From positions 11,716 to 75,715 of the forward strand of contig JAZREL010000062.1 of the NCBI GenBank assembly GCA_045660785.1: DNA of 64,000 bases. The letters are read 5' to 3'. The notes under the pieces were generated by a model, which worked only from the letters and a program-made list of their open reading frames with translations, was not told the origin of the DNA and ran no database searches. Shown piece after piece: positions 28,341 through 37,787 of this stretch (position 1 is its first letter; each line of letters starts with the position of its first letter). The translations under genes and the position numbers were made by a program. Origin of the DNA: Eubacteriales bacterium (lineage in GTDB: Bacteria; Bacillota; Clostridia; Oscillospirales; CAG-272).

Positions 28341-28880
28341 ATGAAAAAGCACAACAGCATTTTAAGACTTGTTATATCAGCACTTTGCTTGGCGCTTTCA
28401 TACGTGCTTCCCTTTTTGACGGGACAAATTCCCGAAATCGGTTCTATGCTCTTGCCTATGCATATTCCCGTTTTGCTTTGCGGCTTTATTTGCGGCTGGC
28501 AATGGGGGCTTGGCGTTGGCTTTTTAGCTCCGCTTCTTCGTTCGCTCACGCTTGGTGTGCCGCTATTTTTCCCAATGGCACTTTGTATGGCGCTTGAGCT
28601 TGCCACCTACGGGGCAGCGTCGGGGCTTGCCTATAAGCTTTTGCCAAAGAAGAAAATATTCATCTACGCTTCTCTTTTGGGCGCAATGACGCTTGGCAGA
28701 ATAGTATTTGGAATTTCAATGACAATTTGTATGTGCGCAAAGGGCAACTCATACACGTTTAGCGCGTTTATTGCAAGCGCCTTGACGGGTGCAATACCGG
28801 GTATTTTAATCCAAATTATACTTGTCCCTGTCTTAGTTATGATATTAAAAAGCCAACGAGGATTGAAATTAAATGAATGA
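28341..28880 (+). CDS. ECF transporter S component
   Basis: Hydrophobic; LLPMHIPVLLCGFICG, PGILIQ motifs. Confidence 0.85.
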   Translation: MKKHNSILRLVISALCLALSYVLPFLTGQIPEIGSMLLPMHIPVLLCGFICGWQWGLGVGFLAPLLRSLTLGVPLFFPMALCMALELATYGAASGLAYKLLPKKKIFIYASLLGAMTLGRIVFGISMTICMCAKGNSYTFSAFIASALTGAIPGILIQIILVPVLVMILKSQRGLKLNE

Positions 28881-29475
28881 TTTAAGAGCGGTTTTGACAA
28901 AAACGGACGAAAACGAAATATTTTTTCCGCTTTTTGAAAAAATAGACGCGCTGCTTGAAAATGGCGCATCGATTATTGCCATTGAGGGTGGAAGCGCAAG
29001 CGGAAAAACCACACTTGCTTCCCTGCTTTTTGAAAAATACGGCGCAACCGTTTTTCATATGGACGATTTCTTTTTAACGCCGAATATGCGTACGCCCGCG
29101 CGCCTAAGTGAAATTGGCGGCAACGTGGACAGAGAGCGGTTTGAGAGTGAGGTGCTTATCCCACTTAGTAAGGGTGAGGCGGTAAACTACCGTCCTTACG
29201 ACTGCAAAACGTGTAAAATTAAGGAAGGCGTGGCGGTAAAGCCCGAAAAGCTTGTAATAGTAGAGGGCGCGTACTCAACGCATCCTGCACTTTTCGGATA
29301 CTACGATTTTACGGTCTTTTTAGATATTGACCAAATAAAGCAAAGGGAGCGCATACAAAAGCGCAACGCGCCCGAGCACGCAAGGCGTTTTTTCGAGGAA
29401 TGGATTCCCCTTGAAAACACCTATTTTGAAAAAACAAATGCAAAGCAAAGATGCGATTTGGTAATTTCCGTGTAA
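28873..29475 (+). CDS. uridine kinase/phosphoribulokinase-like P-loop kinase
   Basis: IAIEGGSASGKTT, HMDDF, IVEGAYS, WIPLE..YF. Confidence 0.8.
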   Translation: MNDLRAVLTKTDENEIFFPLFEKIDALLENGASIIAIEGGSASGKTTLASLLFEKYGATVFHMDDFFLTPNMRTPARLSEIGGNVDRERFESEVLIPLSKGEAVNYRPYDCKTCKIKEGVAVKPEKLVIVEGAYSTHPALFGYYDFTVFLDIDQIKQRERIQKRNAPEHARRFFEEWIPLENTYFEKTNAKQRCDLVISV

Positions 29476-29508
29476 GGAGTACCACACGCTTATATAAAGG
29501 AGAAAAAT

Positions 29509-30258
29509 ATGGAATTAAAGGTAATTAGCTTTAACATCAGATGCTGTGACGATAAGGACGGGCACTCGATTAGCGAGCGCGCGCCACGCTTAAAAAAGGT
29601 AACGGAAAAATATGATGCCGATATAATTGCATTTCAGGAATTTACCGTGCCGTGGGAAAAGGAAACCCAAAAATTCTTCCCCGAGTATGAAATGTTCAAC
29701 CTTTACCGTTCTAAAAACGAGCTTGAGGGTGCGCCTATTCTTTGGAAAAAGGGCAAATTTGAGCTGCTTGACAAGGGGAATTTTTGGTTATCAAGCACGC
29801 CTGAGGTTGAAAGCCGCGGCTGGGACGAGCTTTATAACTGCTGGCGTATGTGCGAGTACGTAATTTTGAAGCATATTGAAAGCGGCAAGATTTTTACCCA
29901 TATGAACACACACTACGGCTTTGGCGACAAGGGACAAACCGACAGCTCCAAGCTGATGTACGAATATTCAAAGAAAATATCAGACAATCCGACCTTTATA
30001 ACGGGCGATTTTAATATGTTCCCGACAAGCTGTGGCTACGAGGAGATGGTAAAGCATTTTACCGATGCAAACGCGGTTACCGCAAACGACAGAAGAACTA
30101 CTTACCACGGCTACGGCACGGTTGATAACGCGCATATTGACTACTGCTTTGTAAACGACAAAATCAAGCCGCTTCACTTAGAGCTTATTTGCGAAACGGT
30201 TGACGGCAAATACCCATCCGACCACTACGGCGTTTACACTGTGCTTGAAATAAACTAA
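29509..30258 (+). CDS. endonuclease/exonuclease/phosphatase (EEP) family protein
   Basis: SFNIR, AFQE, FWLS.TP, NTH, GDFN, IDY, SDH. Confidence 0.92.
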   Translation: MELKVISFNIRCCDDKDGHSISERAPRLKKVTEKYDADIIAFQEFTVPWEKETQKFFPEYEMFNLYRSKNELEGAPILWKKGKFELLDKGNFWLSSTPEVESRGWDELYNCWRMCEYVILKHIESGKIFTHMNTHYGFGDKGQTDSSKLMYEYSKKISDNPTFITGDFNMFPTSCGYEEMVKHFTDANAVTANDRRTTYHGYGTVDNAHIDYCFVNDKIKPLHLELICETVDGKYPSDHYGVYTVLEIN

Positions 30259-30354
30259 GCAAAAAGCCGATAATTCAGCAAAATCAACGCGCTGAATTAT
30301 CGGCTCTATTTAGTGCTTTATATTTAGAAAGGGGCAGATTTCTGCCCCTTTTGT

Positions 30355-31179
30355 TTAGTTCGTTTCCTTGTCAAGATACTCCATCATTTTTTTGATGTAG
30401 TCGAGCTTGTAGTCGAGAATTACGTCGGGCGCTTGGCGCTCACCGGGGATTTCGAGGTTGTAAAGCCCCTCGTAGCCGAGCTTTTTCATTTCACGAAGAA
30501 CAGTGAAAAAGTCCACGCTTCCCTTGCCAAACGGCATAAGGTGTTGATCCCTTTCGCCCTCGTTGTCAGCTAAGTGAAGTGCTTTTATGTTGTTCCCTGC
30601 CGTTTTTATAAATCTTGCTTGATCCTTGTCCTTTAAATTAAGGTGTCCTGTGTCAAGGCAAATTCCAAGATTTTCGCTCTTAAAGTGGTCGATAAAATAC
30701 ATCAGTCCCTCAACCGAGTTTACAGCTTCACTGCTGATGAGGTTTTCAAGACAGATAACGATGCTTGTGCCCTTTACGTGCTCCAAAAGATCTGAAAGCG
30801 CTTTGATATTTTCTTCTCTTGTTACGTCAAGTGGCGGCCTTGTGCCGTCCTCTTTTGCTAAATTGTCGCAATGCAAAACCGCATTTTTAATGCCCATGGC
30901 TAAAAACAAATCAAGCTGCTTTTTAATCAACTCTCTATGCTCGGGTGTGCAAATTTTTATGCCGTAGAAGAAAAGGTGACCCTGCAAAAGCTCAACTCCA
31001 AGCTTGCGCGCATACTCGCCGAATTCCTTGCCGACAATTTTTGGGTCTCCTCTGTCAAGAAGCACCTCGGAATGCTCACACGAAAGCTCACAAAAATCAT
31101 ACCCGCGCGCCTTGAGCTTTGATAAGGCATCCTCGGGAGTTAAGTGGCAAAAATAGCTTGACCAAACACTTAGTTTCAT
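30355..31179 (-). CDS. sugar phosphate isomerase/epimerase (xylose isomerase-like TIM barrel)
   Basis: CLEN, CLDTGH, LHLADN.G..DQHL.P..G, NLE. Confidence 0.88.
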   Translation of the reverse strand: MKLSVWSSYFCHLTPEDALSKLKARGYDFCELSCEHSEVLLDRGDPKIVGKEFGEYARKLGVELLQGHLFFYGIKICTPEHRELIKKQLDLFLAMGIKNAVLHCDNLAKEDGTRPPLDVTREENIKALSDLLEHVKGTSIVICLENLISSEAVNSVEGLMYFIDHFKSENLGICLDTGHLNLKDKDQARFIKTAGNNIKALHLADNEGERDQHLMPFGKGSVDFFTVLREMKKLGYEGLYNLEIPGERQAPDVILDYKLDYIKKMMEYLDKETN

Positions 31180-31196
31180 AAATCCTCCGTTTATTT

Positions 31197-31259
31197 AAAG
31201 GGAACAGCTATTTTGAAGTGAACCCCATTTAGTTCACTTCATTTTGCCGTTCCCTTTTT
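31197..31259. terminator. long hairpin terminator containing a 28-bp IS3-end-like insert
   Basis: AAAGGGAACAGC...GCCGTTCCCTTT stem enclosing TGAAGTGAACCCCATTTAGTTCACTTCA. Confidence 0.6.
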
Positions 31260-31266
31260 AGTAGCT

Positions 31267-32541
31267 TTAATTTAATCCTGCAATTTCAGAAACCGTTTGT
31301 CCCTCTGTCCAGGTGATGCTTTCGTAGGTCACCTCGCCATAGGTTAAAAACTCGCGTGCTATGCCCGCTTTGTGAAGCTCATGAAGCTCGTGCGGAGAAA
31401 CGATTCCCTTAAAGTCGTTATAATCGTTTGTGTCCCAGTTGTAAAAATCAATAACGATGTATTTAATGTCTGCTGAATAAGTCTTTACGCCGTCAATTTC
31501 AGTAACGGTCAGGTTAATTACGTCAACGTCGTCGAAGTATGAGCCAAGGGCGTATCTGTAATTGTCCGTTGCAAGCTCCCATTGCATTGGGTGACCCTCG
31601 CTAAGCTGACCCACGGTTAAGGTTTTGCCCTTTCTTGCAAGCGCTTCAGCTGCGCGAAGAGCATTGTTAATTGCATTGTTTCTGCAAGTGAGCGCGCCTG
31701 AGTCCTCCGCCATAAACTTTTCAACGTTGAGGTTATAGGTTGCGCCCGTGTTCTTAAGATAATGGCTCATTAAGCTTGATGCCATAGGCATATTGATAAG
31801 ACTTCCGCCTGCCGCAATAAGCTGTGCCATGGTCTTAACTCCCAAAAATCCCGTAAGCTGGGAGCTACTAAGTGAGCTACCCTTGTCATAGTCGCCGTTT
31901 GATGCGTTTTGCTGCTTAACTCTGTCGTATGCTTGCTCGGTAAGTGCATCTATGGCATACGTCATATTACCGATTTTAACCTCGGTAACGGGTGGCACAG
32001 CAGGAGTTGCACCCTTTTCCTCTTTTGCATCAGTAAGTGAAATTGACTCAGGTCCCTCGTATGCGGTTTCGCTTCCTATGTAAGCAACGCCAAGGTCAGG
32101 GTCAACAACGAAAAGTGACATAATAAGGTGTGTGTCTAAATTTTCCTCGGGGATTTCCTTAAACGATGCGGAAATTCTTGAAAATTCATTTTCAAAGCCG
32201 ATAACGTAAACCTTGTCGTTTCCTTCAATTGGGTCGCCGTTTTCATCAAGCGGCAAGGTGTCGCCAAGAATGTCCTTGAGCGTTATAACAAGACCGTATT
32301 TAAGCGCCTCGCCTGTTTTTTGCTCGTAAGCTGCGAGTGCGTCAGTGTCAACTGTGTAGCCAATACCGATGCTATTGCCGTTTTCGGAAATTGAGTAGCC
32401 GAGGTACTTGAAAATCGGGTCCTCTCCGTCCTTGCCCGCTTCGGTAAAATCGTCATATATACTGTCCGCACTTGCAAAAACGGTAAAGATGCAAAGTGAC
32501 AACGCTAAAAGTGTCAAAAACAAAAAAACTCTCTTTTTCAT
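31267..32541 (-). CDS. secreted hypothetical protein (N-terminal domain shared with 842..3280)
   Basis: Sec signal ending VFASA; AAAGGAG RBS; promoter TTGACA-17-TATGCT at about 32584-32612 on the minus strand. Confidence 0.8.
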   Translation of the reverse strand: MKKRVFLFLTLLALSLCIFTVFASADSIYDDFTEAGKDGEDPIFKYLGYSISENGNSIGIGYTVDTDALAAYEQKTGEALKYGLVITLKDILGDTLPLDENGDPIEGNDKVYVIGFENEFSRISASFKEIPEENLDTHLIMSLFVVDPDLGVAYIGSETAYEGPESISLTDAKEEKGATPAVPPVTEVKIGNMTYAIDALTEQAYDRVKQQNASNGDYDKGSSLSSSQLTGFLGVKTMAQLIAAGGSLINMPMASSLMSHYLKNTGATYNLNVEKFMAEDSGALTCRNNAINNALRAAEALARKGKTLTVGQLSEGHPMQWELATDNYRYALGSYFDDVDVINLTVTEIDGVKTYSADIKYIVIDFYNWDTNDYNDFKGIVSPHELHELHKAGIAREFLTYGEVTYESITWTEGQTVSEIAGLN

Positions 32542-33022
32542 TTTAGCTCCTTTTAAGTAGCAATATTAAAAAATACTGATTTAAGCATACCACAAAATAA
32601 TGTATTTGTCAACAGCATACTAAATGATAAACGCTCCCTTGGCTATTTCTTTTCCTTGTACCACGTTGCGCCCTCTGACGGCGTTTTGCCCGTGGTTTTT
32701 TTGAACACCTTGGAAAAATACGAAATTGAGCAAGGTGAAAACCAAACGGCAAACGTTATAATGAAGGCGTTTGATTTGTTCAACTAAAGAAAATGGCTGT
32801 CGCAAATCGCGGCAGCCATTTGTTATATAAGCTTGTCCTTCCCTAAATTTACATTTAAATTCTAAACGGTTGTACCAAGTGGCAAGCTATGTGCGGTTTT
32901 GGGGCACGGACGGGCGGATTTTAAAGGATAACGGGGCTCAGCGGAGAAATTCCTTGCTTTGAATAAAACAAGCCGAAAACGCCTTAAATAAGCGCAGAAA
33001 CGTCACAACAATTCTAAAAACA

Positions 33023-33052
33023 AAAGGACTGACATCTTCGTCAGTCCTTTTT
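33023..33052 (-). terminator. terminator downstream of the parAB operon
   Basis: AAAAGGACTGAC-atcttc-GTCAGTCCTTTT. Confidence 0.7.
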
Positions 33053-33115
33053 AATGTTGAATTTTCCTTGCCGCTGTAAGCGTAGGCGGGAGATTTTCCC
33101 CTGCACCCATCGAGA

Positions 33116-33604
33116 TTAAAGCAACGGTAATGCCTCGATAAACATGGGCATCAAAACAGCCATTAGAGCTGATAAAATTGTTGACAAGACAACAAAAATC
33201 GGTATATAAAACCATTTTTGCGGTGTACCATAGGCGGACTTTGCCTTTTGGAGCTTTGCTTCGTCAATGTAGAACCTTGCATTCTCCCAATCAGGCCCCT
33301 CAACGCCCTCAACGTTTATGGCTCTCGGTATGGTGTTGCCAACTACGCTGATAATACGTCTTAGGTTACTTGAATCCTTCAAGGTGACCTTGTGGAAAAA
33401 TGAGAATTTAGTGTAGCCAAGCTCAGGTAGAGTTTTTGCGCTCTCTTCGCTTGTTGCACCTGCATTCAGTAAACGGCGCACAACCTCGCCAACGACGTTG
33501 TTTGAAAAGTAGTTATACAAAAAACCAAGATTTACACCTATGCAAATCGACCAAATTATTAAATTTACGGGTAAAGCGTAAATTGCATCTGCAAATAGAA
33601 TCAT
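33116..33604 (-). CDS. hypothetical membrane protein
   Basis: N- and C-terminal hydrophobic segments; 8 bp downstream of parB. Confidence 0.75.
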   Translation of the reverse strand: MILFADAIYALPVNLIIWSICIGVNLGFLYNYFSNNVVGEVVRRLLNAGATSEESAKTLPELGYTKFSFFHKVTLKDSSNLRRIISVVGNTIPRAINVEGVEGPDWENARFYIDEAKLQKAKSAYGTPQKWFYIPIFVVLSTILSALMAVLMPMFIEALPLL

Positions 33605-33612
33605 TTAGCGCC

Positions 33613-34509
33613 TCAACCTTCGATAATGCCTTTGCCGCAAAGCTTGATGAGGATGTCCTCAAGGTCGTCGTTTCCGTAGAAATCAATCTCCACTGTTGAA
33701 ACCTTGCCCTTTTGCTTAATCTTTACGCGCTTGCCTGTTATATGCATTGCTCTTTTTTCGAGGTCCTTTATGTAATCAACCTCGATTTCCTCGCCCTCGT
33801 TTTCCTCTGTGGGGACAAGTCCCTTTTCGTATTCCTTGTTTAGCTTTTTGACAAGTGCTTCTGTGTCACGTACGGAAAGTGAACGTACCAAAATCTGCTC
33901 CGCAGTATCTACGATACTGTCCTTGTTTTTAAGACCCAAAAGTGCACGCGCGTGGCCTGCTGAAATATCACCTGTTTTGAGCATCTCAAGTACGTCATCA
34001 GGAAGGTCGAGCAAACGCATTGAGTTTGCAACCGCGCTTCTTGATTTTCCAACCTTTTCGCTAACCTCCTCTTGGGTTAAGCCGTATTGGTCGATAAGTG
34101 CCTTATAAGCTGATGCTTCTTCGTATGGATTGAGGTCTTGACGTTGAATATTCTCGATAATCGCTATTTCTGCCGCCTCAAGCTCGTCCGCTTGCATAAT
34201 AATTGCGGGAATTTCTGAAAGTCCTGCAAGCTTTGATGCGCGCCATCTGCGCTCACCTGCGATAATTTGATAATAGCCCTGTGCATCCTCGCTTTCGCGA
34301 ACGATGATTGGTTGAAGCAAGCCGTGGCGTTTGATTGAATCGGAAAGCTCAAAAAGTGCTTCCTCGTCAAAATGCTTTCTCGGTTGGTCTGCCTTTGGCT
34401 CTATTTGTGATAAACGAAGCGTTTGAATTCCGTCGTCCTTTGATGATGAAACGTCAATGTAGTTGTCTGCGAATATGGAGTCGAGTCCTCTTCCAAGTCC
34501 TTTTTTCAT
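33613..34509 (-). CDS. parB: chromosome partitioning protein ParB/Spo0J
   Basis: KKGLGRGLDS N-terminus, IIAGERRWRA, ENIQRQDLNPYEEA, GHARALL. Confidence 0.96.
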   Translation of the reverse strand: MKKGLGRGLDSIFADNYIDVSSSKDDGIQTLRLSQIEPKADQPRKHFDEEALFELSDSIKRHGLLQPIIVRESEDAQGYYQIIAGERRWRASKLAGLSEIPAIIMQADELEAAEIAIIENIQRQDLNPYEEASAYKALIDQYGLTQEEVSEKVGKSRSAVANSMRLLDLPDDVLEMLKTGDISAGHARALLGLKNKDSIVDTAEQILVRSLSVRDTEALVKKLNKEYEKGLVPTEENEGEEIEVDYIKDLEKRAMHITGKRVKIKQKGKVSTVEIDFYGNDDLEDILIKLCGKGIIEG

Positions 34510-34525
34510 TTGCTTTTCTCCTTTT

Positions 34526-35317
34526 TTATATTATTCCTTCGGTTCTTTCTATGATTTCTCTTGCTACCTTTTGGTATTCTAAGCTTGATTTTGAATATTT
34601 TGAGTAGTAGTTAATTGGCTCTGCATAGCTTGATGCTTCGCTAATAACTATGCTCCTTGAAATCTTTTGGTCGAAAATCATTCCAAAATAGTAATTTTCA
34701 AGCTCACTAAGTACCTCTTTCGATAGCTTGAAGCGAGGGGTAAACATCGTTACCAAAATTCCTGTTATAACGAGGTTTTTGTTATATCTCGCTTTAATTG
34801 CCTTGACCGTCATCATAAGCTGAGTGAGTCCTTCAAGTGCAAAATATTCACACTGCGTGGGAATAATCAACCCTGTGCTTGCAACAAGCGCGTTAATTGT
34901 AATCATGCCGAGTGATGGCGGACAATCGATAATAACGTAGTCGAACAGATTTTTTTCTGATAATTTTGACAAAATTCTTTTTAGATATGATTCTCTACCA
35001 CCCTCTGTTGTTAGCTCGGCTTCAATGCTTGCAAGCATCATGTTTGAAGGAATTATAGACAGATTTTTGTATTTAGTTTCAACTATTGCAAGGGAGATGT
35101 CCTCTGCCTTGCCTGTAAATACGTCGTATATCGAATATTTAAGCCCGTTTTTGGCAATTCCAAGTGAGCTTGTTGTGTTTGCTTGTGGGTCAAGGTCGAT
35201 AAGTAAAACGCGCTTGCCGAGCGCACCAAGTGATGATGCACAGCTTAAAGCGGACGTCGTTTTACCAACCCCGCCCTTTTGATTGGCGAATGAGATGATA
35301 TGCACGGTAGCACGCAA
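34526..35317 (-). CDS. parA: chromosome partitioning ATPase ParA/Soj
   Basis: ANQKGGVGKTT, DLDPQAN, IDCPPSLG, QCEYFALEGL; directly upstream of parB. Confidence 0.95.
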   Translation of the reverse strand: MRATVHIISFANQKGGVGKTTSALSCASSLGALGKRVLLIDLDPQANTTSSLGIAKNGLKYSIYDVFTGKAEDISLAIVETKYKNLSIIPSNMMLASIEAELTTEGGRESYLKRILSKLSEKNLFDYVIIDCPPSLGMITINALVASTGLIIPTQCEYFALEGLTQLMMTVKAIKARYNKNLVITGILVTMFTPRFKLSKEVLSELENYYFGMIFDQKISRSIVISEASSYAEPINYYSKYSKSSLEYQKVAREIIERTEGII

Positions 35318-35536
35318 CCTTTCGTTTGTGATTTTCTAATAAAAGTATAACATCATTTTCGCACAAAATCAATAGAATTTATTGAAAATTTTTAGAAAAG
35401 TAAATAATACCAATGGTGTACTAACCAATTTACTAACCAATTGGAAATATCGGAGAGCACATCAAAACGTTGCAAATTTTTCCTCAAATATAGTTCTCTG
35501 ATATGAAATGGACTACCTGCAGGGCTTGAAACGCAG

Positions 35537-35552
35537 TGTTTCACGTGAAACA
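35537..35552. promoter_or_regulatory. parS centromere site
   Basis: Perfect palindrome TGTTTCACGTGAAACA. Confidence 0.95.
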
Positions 35553-35707
35553 TTCAATCCTAATGGCGCAGCATATTGCCCCTTTTTTATCTTACCCTAT
35601 AAAAATGACCCCGTCTGCTCCATAATGTAATCCCCTCCCTTTTTTTACGCACCATCCTCTCCTCTTTTCGCCCCATCCCCCTCTGCTGCTGCTCTTGCTT
35701 GCTAATA

Positions 35708-35723
35708 TGTTTCACGTGAAACA
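35708..35723. promoter_or_regulatory. parS centromere site
   Basis: Perfect palindrome TGTTTCACGTGAAACA. Confidence 0.95.
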
Positions 35724-36014
35724 ATAGAATATTGCGACTTCTTTGCTGTGCTTGATTATGAATATAAATGTATGTTGTTTTGCTTTCGTTGCTTTATGCT
35801 GTATGTTTTATAATGTTCTGTCGGTGGGGGCCGCTCCTGTTCCTCCTCTTTTTCCTCCTTCTCTCTGTGTGCTGGATTCGTTTTTTGCTTTTACAATCTC
35901 TTCTGTTGCCTCTGTACGCCTGTTTTTGTCTCTCTTGTACTCTCTTAGCGGTATGCCCTGTTTTGTTCTCGTTTCCTTTTCCTTACTACATTTATGCACT
36001 GAGGTTTTGTGAAA

Positions 36015-36030
36015 TGTTTCACGTGAAACA
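36015..36030. promoter_or_regulatory. parS centromere site
   Basis: Perfect palindrome TGTTTCACGTGAAACA. Confidence 0.95.
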
Positions 36031-36228
36031 TTGAAAAAACCCAACCGCGATTGCGATTGGGTTTTAGCCATTTTTGTGGTCTTTTTTGTTAAGGCATAGC
36101 TATCTACCTGCTCTATGCTTTAATCTTTGTTTTGGTTATCAACCTTTTGTTGATAACCGCGTGGAAAAGTGCGTAGATTTTGTCGAAAAATGGAAAAATA
36201 TGGAAATAAAGATGTTTTTTGCACTTAA

Positions 36229-37068
36229 TCACTCGCCGCCGTTGCTTTTGAGTGCTTCGGTTGCGACTTGCAACTCTTCCCCTTTTGGCACTAAAATTGT
36301 TATTTCGGTGTATGAATCGTTCTCTACCTTGCGCCGCTTTATTTTAATCCCGCTGTTTTCAACGGATGAAATTGCGCGGTTTATTGCGTCGTAAAAGCAC
36401 TCAATTGACTTAAAGGTGTGCTTTTTAACTTCCTTTGTGCTTGGATTTTCCTTGGAGAGTAGCTTGTCAACGTGTGCTTCCGATTCTGATACGTTTAGCT
36501 CCTTACTGATTATATCTTCAAGCGCCTTTTCGCGCAAATTATCGTCTTTTATTCGTAAGAGTGCTCTTGCGTGACGTTCGCTTAAATCGGCTCTTAAAAT
36601 CATTGCGCGCTCCTCTCTTGATAGGCGCAATAGGCGCAGCTTGTTGGCTATGTATGATTGGCTAACGCTCAACTTTTCCGCAATTTTTTCCTGTGTTTGC
36701 TTGTGAATATCTATGAGCGCTTCTATTGCCTCTGCCTCCTCGAAAATGGTTAAATCCTCGCGCATTAGGTTCTCAATTATTGCCATTTCGGCGCTCTTTT
36801 CTTCGCTTGCTGATGCCACCACGCACGGCACACGTGTCATTCCGATTTCCTTGGCGGCACGTAGTCTTCTTTCCCCTGAAATAAGCTCGTATTCGCCACC
36901 GATTTTACGCACTGAAAGCGGCTGAATTATGCCATAATGCCTTATGCTGTCGGCAAGCTTTATAATACCCTCGTCACGAAAGGATTTGCGTGGTTGGGAA
37001 GGGTTTGGCGTTATTTTTTCAACCTCTAAATACAAAATTTGTTCGTTTTCTTGCTTTTCTTCCTTCAT
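36229..37068 (-). CDS. noc: ParB paralogue, Noc-like (nucleoid occlusion family)
   Basis: PNPSQPRKSF, LISGERRLRAA, SQSYIANKLRLL, SERHARALL; lies upstream of parA-parB as noc does in Bacillota. Confidence 0.8.
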   Translation of the reverse strand: MKEEKQENEQILYLEVEKITPNPSQPRKSFRDEGIIKLADSIRHYGIIQPLSVRKIGGEYELISGERRLRAAKEIGMTRVPCVVASASEEKSAEMAIIENLMREDLTIFEEAEAIEALIDIHKQTQEKIAEKLSVSQSYIANKLRLLRLSREERAMILRADLSERHARALLRIKDDNLREKALEDIISKELNVSESEAHVDKLLSKENPSTKEVKKHTFKSIECFYDAINRAISSVENSGIKIKRRKVENDSYTEITILVPKGEELQVATEALKSNGGE

Positions 37069-37619
37069 TTTTGCTCCCTTGCTTGTTTTTACTAAATTTT
37101 GCGGAAATTCTTCCTATTTATTATAATAACATCCTTGTTTCGAGGTTTTTGTCGCGTTTTGGGCAAAAATAAGCACTATTTTTGGTTTTTAATGCCAAAA
37201 GAGAAGGAAATTTGTTTAAAAGCTTGAAAATGTGCTTAAAACGCCTTATTTTGCGCCGTTTTTGCTTAGCAGTGCGGTTTTTTCGCCGTTTGTCGCTTTT
37301 GTTGTCTATGTGGCACTTTTTCCGCGCTAATTGATAAAAATGCGCCAAAAAAGCGTGTTTTCTTGTTAATTTGTGCGAATAATTATTAATATAAATAAAA
37401 TCATCAAAAAATCGAATTACAGATAAGGGGTCGGGCAAAATGATGCTCTTTTAATTATTGCTATTGCATAAGTATGCATAAATGATAAATAAATATGCAA
37501 TAAAGATGTTGCAAGAAAATGCGAATTACAGACACAGGGTCGACCGAATTTGAAAAAATGCAAAATTTCACGATGGAATAAATTTTCATATTACCTCTGA
37601 ATTAGCGAGTGTGACGCGA

Positions 37620-37651
37620 AAAGCCGCACCCTCGTGCAGGATGCGGCTTAA
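37620..37651 (-). terminator. hairpin downstream of the capsid gene
   Basis: AAGCCGCACCCT-cgtgc-AGGATGCGGCTT; reads into TTTT on the minus strand. Confidence 0.6.
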
Positions 37652-37787
37652 CTTTATGGGCGCGAAATAACGCGATTTAAGGGCGTTTGATGATAAATAT
37701 GGGAATTCCATACGAAAGCTTGATTTTGCCTTAAATTTGGCTTCTGTGCGCCTGATATTGATACTTGAGAGCTTTTTACTCGACGCT

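Noticed and set aside
32660..32697. c-di-GMP-I riboswitch-like hairpin (GGCAAA...CGCAA on the minus strand)
   Set aside because: Lacks the GNRA-capped stem and receptor, and lies upstream of the apparent promoter (about 32584-32612), so it would not be in the leader.
35743..36394. Short ORFs across the parS region
   Set aside because: Low-complexity intergenic sequence overlapping parS sites; no RBS or recognisable motifs.
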